In this document: positions 59,233 to 64,000 of the stretch, one piece after another
Layout: each line of letters begins with the position of its first letter
Position numbering within the stretch: position 1 is the stretch's first letter
Virus record (IMG/VR): IMGVR_UViG_3300005826_000037
Coordinates: 1 to 64,000 of that record
DNA length: 64,000 nucleotides
Reading direction: 5' to 3' (one strand)
Origin: a virus
Notes under the pieces: generated by a model
Databases searched by the model: none
Told to the model about the DNA's origin: nothing
What the model saw: only the letters and a program-made list of their open reading frames with translations
Program-made: the position numbers and the translations under genes

Positions 59233-61242
59233 TTAAGGTAACACAATAGTGTGCGTATGACCCAATACAATCGATACAACACCTGCAATAATTTGATGAT
59301 TATGTCCTTGTGAAACATTTGTAGTTTGATTTATTTGAGAAATTGATGTAATACCTTCGTTTACAACAATCTCATGAGTATGTGGCAGGATATTTGAAGC
59401 AACACCAATACTTGTATTCAACTTTGAAGGAAACATACTAGTATCGCTAAATATTCTTATTTGATAAGCTGGATCAAACTTTCTAATTCTTTGCGCCCTA
59501 AATTTTTGACCGCCTTGCTGCCCAATCATAGTATTATTTCTAGTTACAGATAATACTTCATACCTATACTCTTCATTTCCATTAAGGTCATATAATACTA
59601 TAATATCCCTATCTTTTATAGTAGGAACTGTAAGTGTCCAAAATTCTGTCTGAAACTCAGACTCCAAACCAGCTTCTGTCATTTTTACATCTTCTTCGGT
59701 TGGTCCAGGTCTTACCAAAATTCTACCATCAGATCTTCTTGGATTAAAATATTGTTCATATCCAATGACAAATTTAGTACCATGACATAATGGGCATCTA
59801 TCATCTGGATACTCACTAGACTCAAGATAACAAGAGCAAGTTATTCCTGTTCTAGTTCTCTTAATAAGAACTGCTTGTTTACCAGTATTATCTAAAAGAA
59901 CCTCTTGACGTTGATTATTATGATCTTGAACAGAGAATCCTCTAAGTACATTATAATTTCCATACTTATCAATACATCCCATTTCTCCACCAATATAACT
60001 TCCAACACATGTTCCATTTAATAATTGAACTGGATCTGTTCTATGATATCCGGCATAATCATACCTTGGAAAATCTATATTTTCTTCATCACTCACACTT
60101 AAATCAGATGTTAATAAATCTTTTGTTACTTGATGATATCCGTCCGTCGCTGTGTATGGATAATTGGGATATTCAAATCTTGACTCACACAAAAATATAT
60201 TGTCATATTTTGTATCCTCTCCCGATACAAAATAAATAACAGCAGGATTCCAATATAAATCACCATCATAGCCATCTGTATTATGTAATGTAGCAGTAGT
60301 TCCGCTATACCCTCTACCTCCAGCAATTGTTTCAGATCCATCAACACCAATGATAAATGAATCCCCTTCAACAAATGGATATCCATCATATTCAACTATT
60401 GAAAAACTAAATATTCCATTGGATATGTTATAACCATCAGCTGTCCAAATATATGGGTCTGAATATCCATCCCTTACAGCGCCAACATAAGGGTTTGTAT
60501 AACCATCTTTAACATATCCATCAGTAGGATAAACAACTCCAGAATATGACCCAACAGATATAAACTTTGCAGTTGATTCTATTGGATTTCCATATCCATC
60601 TTTTTGAACAGAAATACATTGTATTTTCCATGTTTCTGTTATTGCGCTAAGATCTTCCAGAGTTAAATTAGCTAGATATCCATCACCAACATTTCCATAT
60701 GAAGGAAGATAATTAGATCCTCCTTGATCTATAAAATGAGCGCTGATAAACGTATCACCAGGAACACCTAATGTATTAGCTATAGAATTTGTAGTTGTAT
60801 AATGAATTAATTCTGCACCAATTCTTACAACTCCTTCATCAGGAAAATCAGTAACATCCATTAGTGGGATTATTAAATCAGTACTTGTTATATTGTTCGC
60901 TAATAAACTACTAGGAACAATTCTTAAATTATCGTAAGCAACCAATAAATTTGTTAAATCGGTCACTGACTCATCATATTCCACAGCTCTAACGGAAAAG
61001 AAATACAATTGTCCTGGAGTTAAATCAATGATGTTTGCTTCTGTAGCACCATCAATAGATACATACTTAACACCCTCAGAAAATACATCTTCCTTAATTG
61101 TAGAATAATAAATATAATAGGCGATACTATTTGTAGATATTGTTGGGTACGCTTGGTGCCACTTCAAATTAATGGTATAGCCATCGCCCAAGCTGGTTAA
61201 AGCATCTAAACCGCCAATTATAGGTGATGGATAAAAAACCAT
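59233..61242 (-). CDS. Neck / head-closure-like protein with FN3-like N-terminus, CxC...CxxC motif and His-rich tail
   Basis: INLKW...YYIYY...LTPGQLYFFSVRA (FN3); CSC...CPLCHGT; PTIKDRDIIV...RYEV; PHTHEI/GHNHQI/GHTHTI. Confidence 0.6.
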   Translation of the reverse strand: MVFYPSPIIGGLDALTSLGDGYTINLKWHQAYPTISTNSIAYYIYYSTIKEDVFSEGVKYVSIDGATEANIIDLTPGQLYFFSVRAVEYDESVTDLTNLLVAYDNLRIVPSSLLANNITSTDLIIPLMDVTDFPDEGVVRIGAELIHYTTTNSIANTLGVPGDTFISAHFIDQGGSNYLPSYGNVGDGYLANLTLEDLSAITETWKIQCISVQKDGYGNPIESTAKFISVGSYSGVVYPTDGYVKDGYTNPYVGAVRDGYSDPYIWTADGYNISNGIFSFSIVEYDGYPFVEGDSFIIGVDGSETIAGGRGYSGTTATLHNTDGYDGDLYWNPAVIYFVSGEDTKYDNIFLCESRFEYPNYPYTATDGYHQVTKDLLTSDLSVSDEENIDFPRYDYAGYHRTDPVQLLNGTCVGSYIGGEMGCIDKYGNYNVLRGFSVQDHNNQRQEVLLDNTGKQAVLIKRTRTGITCSCYLESSEYPDDRCPLCHGTKFVIGYEQYFNPRRSDGRILVRPGPTEEDVKMTEAGLESEFQTEFWTLTVPTIKDRDIIVLYDLNGNEEYRYEVLSVTRNNTMIGQQGGQKFRAQRIRKFDPAYQIRIFSDTSMFPSKLNTSIGVASNILPHTHEIVVNEGITSISQINQTTNVSQGHNHQIIAGVVSIVLGHTHTIVLP

Positions 61243-61766
61243 TAGATCTTCTCCAACAAAATATTCTCAAGCTTGTCTTTCTCATTATCATCGTCAATAT
61301 CATGATGATTTAACAAATGATCAACATATTTTTCTGCTTCATCTTCTCCAAAATGTTCAGATATATAGCTTATTTGATTCTGAAAGCCCTCTTGCTCAAA
61401 AGGGTTATCAAGATATTTTCCATAGTCTGAGCTTTGCGTTGGCTTGTCTCCAGATGTTTGTTGCAAATAATGAGTGATCTCATGTATTAAATATGAAGCA
61501 TCTTTTAAATCCAAACCATCTTCAAGCAACTTATAATTAATATATATAATTCCGTGGTCACATTTTGCACTAACATCCAAATCTTTAAAATACATCGGAA
61601 TAAAATCAATCTCATTGAGATCTATATTATATTCTGAAAATATCTTTTGCATAACAGGATCTTTTTTTACAATCCCTTTTAACTTATTAATCAAAATAAG
61701 AAGTGCTTCTGGCGGCAAAGATTTAACATCTTCTATAGATATTTTTTTAGACATGATATTATGCAT
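61242..61766 (-). CDS. Zincin-like metallopeptidase (HExxH); true start may be the ATG at 61754
   Basis: YLIHEITHYLQ plus downstream NPFEQEG third-ligand motif. Confidence 0.7.
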   Translation of the reverse strand: MHNIMSKKISIEDVKSLPPEALLILINKLKGIVKKDPVMQKIFSEYNIDLNEIDFIPMYFKDLDVSAKCDHGIIYINYKLLEDGLDLKDASYLIHEITHYLQQTSGDKPTQSSDYGKYLDNPFEQEGFQNQISYISEHFGEDEAEKYVDHLLNHHDIDDDNEKDKLENILLEKI

Positions 61767-61813
61767 ATCTTGTTATTAGATGTATCGGCTAAAACATTGC
61801 ATGGAGTTAATAT

Positions 61814-62653
61814 ATGGGAATAAAATTTGAAAAAAAGATATATGATGAATCATTCGAAAAAGAAGTGGTAAAAAAATATATAGAGGTACAATCAATCAAA
61901 AAAACATCATATGAATTCGAAATATCAACAAGGCAAATAACTAATATTTTAGATAAACATAGTATTGCACACAATATAACCAGAAAAATACAAATGAATG
62001 AAGAATATTTTGATAAAAATGATGATGAGATTATTGGAAATGATGTTATGTACTGGGCAGGATTCATTGCTGCTGATGGAAATGTTATGAATAATTCAAA
62101 TACACGAAGTTATTTTTTAACAATAAAATTATCTAAAAAAGATAAAAACCATCTTGAACAGTTCAGAAAATGTATTCAAACAAATGCTACAATAAAAGAC
62201 AAAACGCATCCTTCTAAATACTATTTAGACAGATATTGGAAAAAAACTTATTCTAGCACTATTGTTCTTAATTCAAAATACCTAGTTAACTCACTAACAA
62301 AATATAACATCATCCCTAATAAAACTAAAATATATGAATTCCCACAAATACTAAAAGAACATAAATTTGTAAATTCTTTCATAAGAGGATATTTAGATGG
62401 TGATGGCAGTATTTCTTTTAAAAACGAATCATTAAGAATCAATTTTTATGGAACACAAAATTGCCTAACAAATATATCTGAAGTTATAACAAATGAATGT
62501 GGTATATCAATACACTCTCCTTTTAAAAATAGAACCATTTATAGTTTAGAATATAATAGTCAAGATGCTGTTTTATTAGCAAAATGGTTGTACAAAAAAC
62601 AAAATATATATTTGGAAAGAAAATTCAAACTTATTGAAAACCTAATAAAATAG
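61814..62653 (+). CDS. Free-standing double-motif LAGLIDADG homing endonuclease
   Basis: YWAGFIAADGNV and FIRGYLDGDGSI motifs, N-terminal HTH, C-terminal YLERK; GGAG RBS. Confidence 0.9.
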   Translation: MGIKFEKKIYDESFEKEVVKKYIEVQSIKKTSYEFEISTRQITNILDKHSIAHNITRKIQMNEEYFDKNDDEIIGNDVMYWAGFIAADGNVMNNSNTRSYFLTIKLSKKDKNHLEQFRKCIQTNATIKDKTHPSKYYLDRYWKKTYSSTIVLNSKYLVNSLTKYNIIPNKTKIYEFPQILKEHKFVNSFIRGYLDGDGSISFKNESLRINFYGTQNCLTNISEVITNECGISIHSPFKNRTIYSLEYNSQDAVLLAKWLYKKQNIYLERKFKLIENLIK

Positions 62654-62693
62654 TCATATTTGCACATACAATAGCAAGTCAAGGAGAATAACT

Positions 62694-63266
62694 ATGGCTC
62701 TTTTAGGTATAAAAGTTCCTCAATCAATAGCTAGAACATTAAGACAAATAGATGCCCCTGGTAAAAAAGAGGACTCTTCCGATTTTCATATCACATTATT
62801 AATATTCAATGAAGATATTAGTATATCTGAGGTTGCGAAATCAGTAGAAGCTATTGGTAATGCAATAAAAGATGTAAATCCTTTCAAATTGAAACTAAAC
62901 AAAGTTTCATGTTTTCCAAAGCGTGGAGATAATCCTGTTCCTATAATTATGCCTATTGAGTCCGAAGATCTTCAAGAATTACGATCTAAAGTAAAAAAAG
63001 CTCTTAAAAAACATAAAGTTGAGTTTAATGATACATTCAAAGAATACAGACCTCACATTACATTATCATATGATGAAAATGAAGTAAAAGACTTTAAAGT
63101 CGATAAAGAGGAATTTATGGTGGATGAAATTGTGTTGTGGTCAGGAAATGAAGGTTTAAATGAAAAGGAATTATTTGTGACTTTCCCTCTTAGTAGCAAA
63201 AAGAAAAAGAATTCTGCATTACTAAGACGTATTGAATATTTCTATAAAATGGCTGTGCATTTATAA
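62694..63266 (+). CDS. 2H phosphoesterase (LigT/ThpR/Acb1-like)
   Basis: Two HxT motifs FHITL and PHITL about 90 aa apart; AAGGAG RBS. Confidence 0.88.
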   Translation: MALLGIKVPQSIARTLRQIDAPGKKEDSSDFHITLLIFNEDISISEVAKSVEAIGNAIKDVNPFKLKLNKVSCFPKRGDNPVPIIMPIESEDLQELRSKVKKALKKHKVEFNDTFKEYRPHITLSYDENEVKDFKVDKEEFMVDEIVLWSGNEGLNEKELFVTFPLSSKKKKNSALLRRIEYFYKMAVHL

Positions 63267-63315
63267 AAGACCCAACTGCGTCAACTATTAAGAACACTCG
63301 TAAGTGCTTGTTTTC

Positions 63316-63999
63316 TCATATCAAACGCCTAGCGCGAAGGTGGCGAAGGCGTTTGAAGGCTGGATTTATTGCTGAATTCATTGAGAAAACGCCTAGTCCT
63401 CTTGGAGTAGGTCTAAGAGAATTCTTGATATACTTTAATTTTTCCCAATAGTGTGTTAACAATGCAGAATATTGAGTCATCATTAACTCAGAAACAGTTG
63501 GAGGATTAAAATTCAATCCATTATCTGTGAACTGAAATTCACGACCACGTTCAATAAGTGCTTTTGATGCTAATGCATAAAGAGTTGCGCCTTCAACAAG
63601 AATTTCACCAAATTGTTCAACAAAGTTATTATCATCAAATTCAAAAAATGTGAAGTAAGGAACCTGATTAAAATCCCATAAAGCTGTTGCAATAAAAGTA
63701 ACAAGTATATCATAAGAGAAAATATCACAATCTACATATACAACATTTCCATAAGCATCTGCTGATTTGGCTTTACCAGAGCTATTAAGTCTCGCTCTCA
63801 ATGATTTTACAAGCTTATTTATATTAGTTGTTGCTTCTTGAGAGTATTGAAATCCTGGATCATCACCAAGAGCCGTATATCCGTCCGTATTGGGATGTGG
63901 GATTTGCGTATAATTTATAATAAATTCAAATTGTGTTTCAACACGGAACCCATTGATATACGCGATCCAAATATCATGCCAAACACCATATGAGGCATT
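63316..63999 (-). CDS. Head-tail adaptor/neck-like protein, 5' truncated by the window edge
   Basis: Frame is open from 63999 (NASYGVWHDIW...NTDGYTALG...) through the annotated TTG at 63801; ALWDFNQVP...TDNGLNF adaptor-like pattern. Confidence 0.6.
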   Translation of the reverse strand, partial: NASYGVWHDIWIAYINGFRVETQFEFIINYTQIPHPNTDGYTALGDDPGFQYSQEATTNINKLVKSLRARLNSSGKAKSADAYGNVVYVDCDIFSYDILVTFIATALWDFNQVPYFTFFEFDDNNFVEQFGEILVEGATLYALASKALIERGREFQFTDNGLNFNPPTVSELMMTQYSALLTHYWEKLKYIKNSLRPTPRGLGVFSMNSAINPAFKRLRHLRARRLI

Positions 64000-64000
64000 A

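Noticed and set aside
82-60395. Many short plus-strand and nested ORFs in the ORF track
   Set aside because: They are antisense or out-of-frame shadows of long genes, with no RBS or recognisable motifs.
13688-61242. Frequent ATATCCATC nucleotide word as a DNA repeat or binding site
   Set aside because: It is the commonest encoding of DGY; in-frame synonymous variants show the signal is at the protein level.
1-64000. Stop-codon reassignment as seen in some large phages
   Set aside because: Standard-code ORFs are long and tile the window; TAA, TGA and TAG all end credible genes.
1-64000. CRISPR array, tRNA or rRNA genes
   Set aside because: Intergenic gaps are short, and I saw no spaced direct repeats or cloverleaf-like sequence.

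Overview
This AT-rich window (GC roughly 30% by eye) comes from a large contractile-tailed (myovirus-type, probably jumbo) phage, with almost all genes on the minus strand and the standard code. In transcription order (right to left) it holds head-tail/neck genes, a holin-like gene, fibre/spike genes, tail terminator, sheath, tube, a solo TnpB element, a tail-assembly chaperone pair joined by a -1 frameshift, tape measure, tube initiator, hub, spike, gp25-like wedge, baseplate J, two very large wedge/fibre proteins, a glycosylation cluster (GT4, two GT2, intein-containing RmlB), a tubulin/FtsZ homolog, a GH25 lysin and a UvsW-like helicase. Several free-standing homing endonucleases and a 2H phosphoesterase are interspersed. 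The most striking unexplained signal is the tripeptide Asp-Gly-Tyr (DGY). I count about 44 copies by eye in predicted outer virion proteins and none in the inner tail core, and the module lies directly beside phage-encoded glycosyltransferases. This suggests a motif-directed virion modification (for example Tyr O-glycosylation) or decoration system. All assignments come from reading motifs and synteny by eye; no database searches were run.
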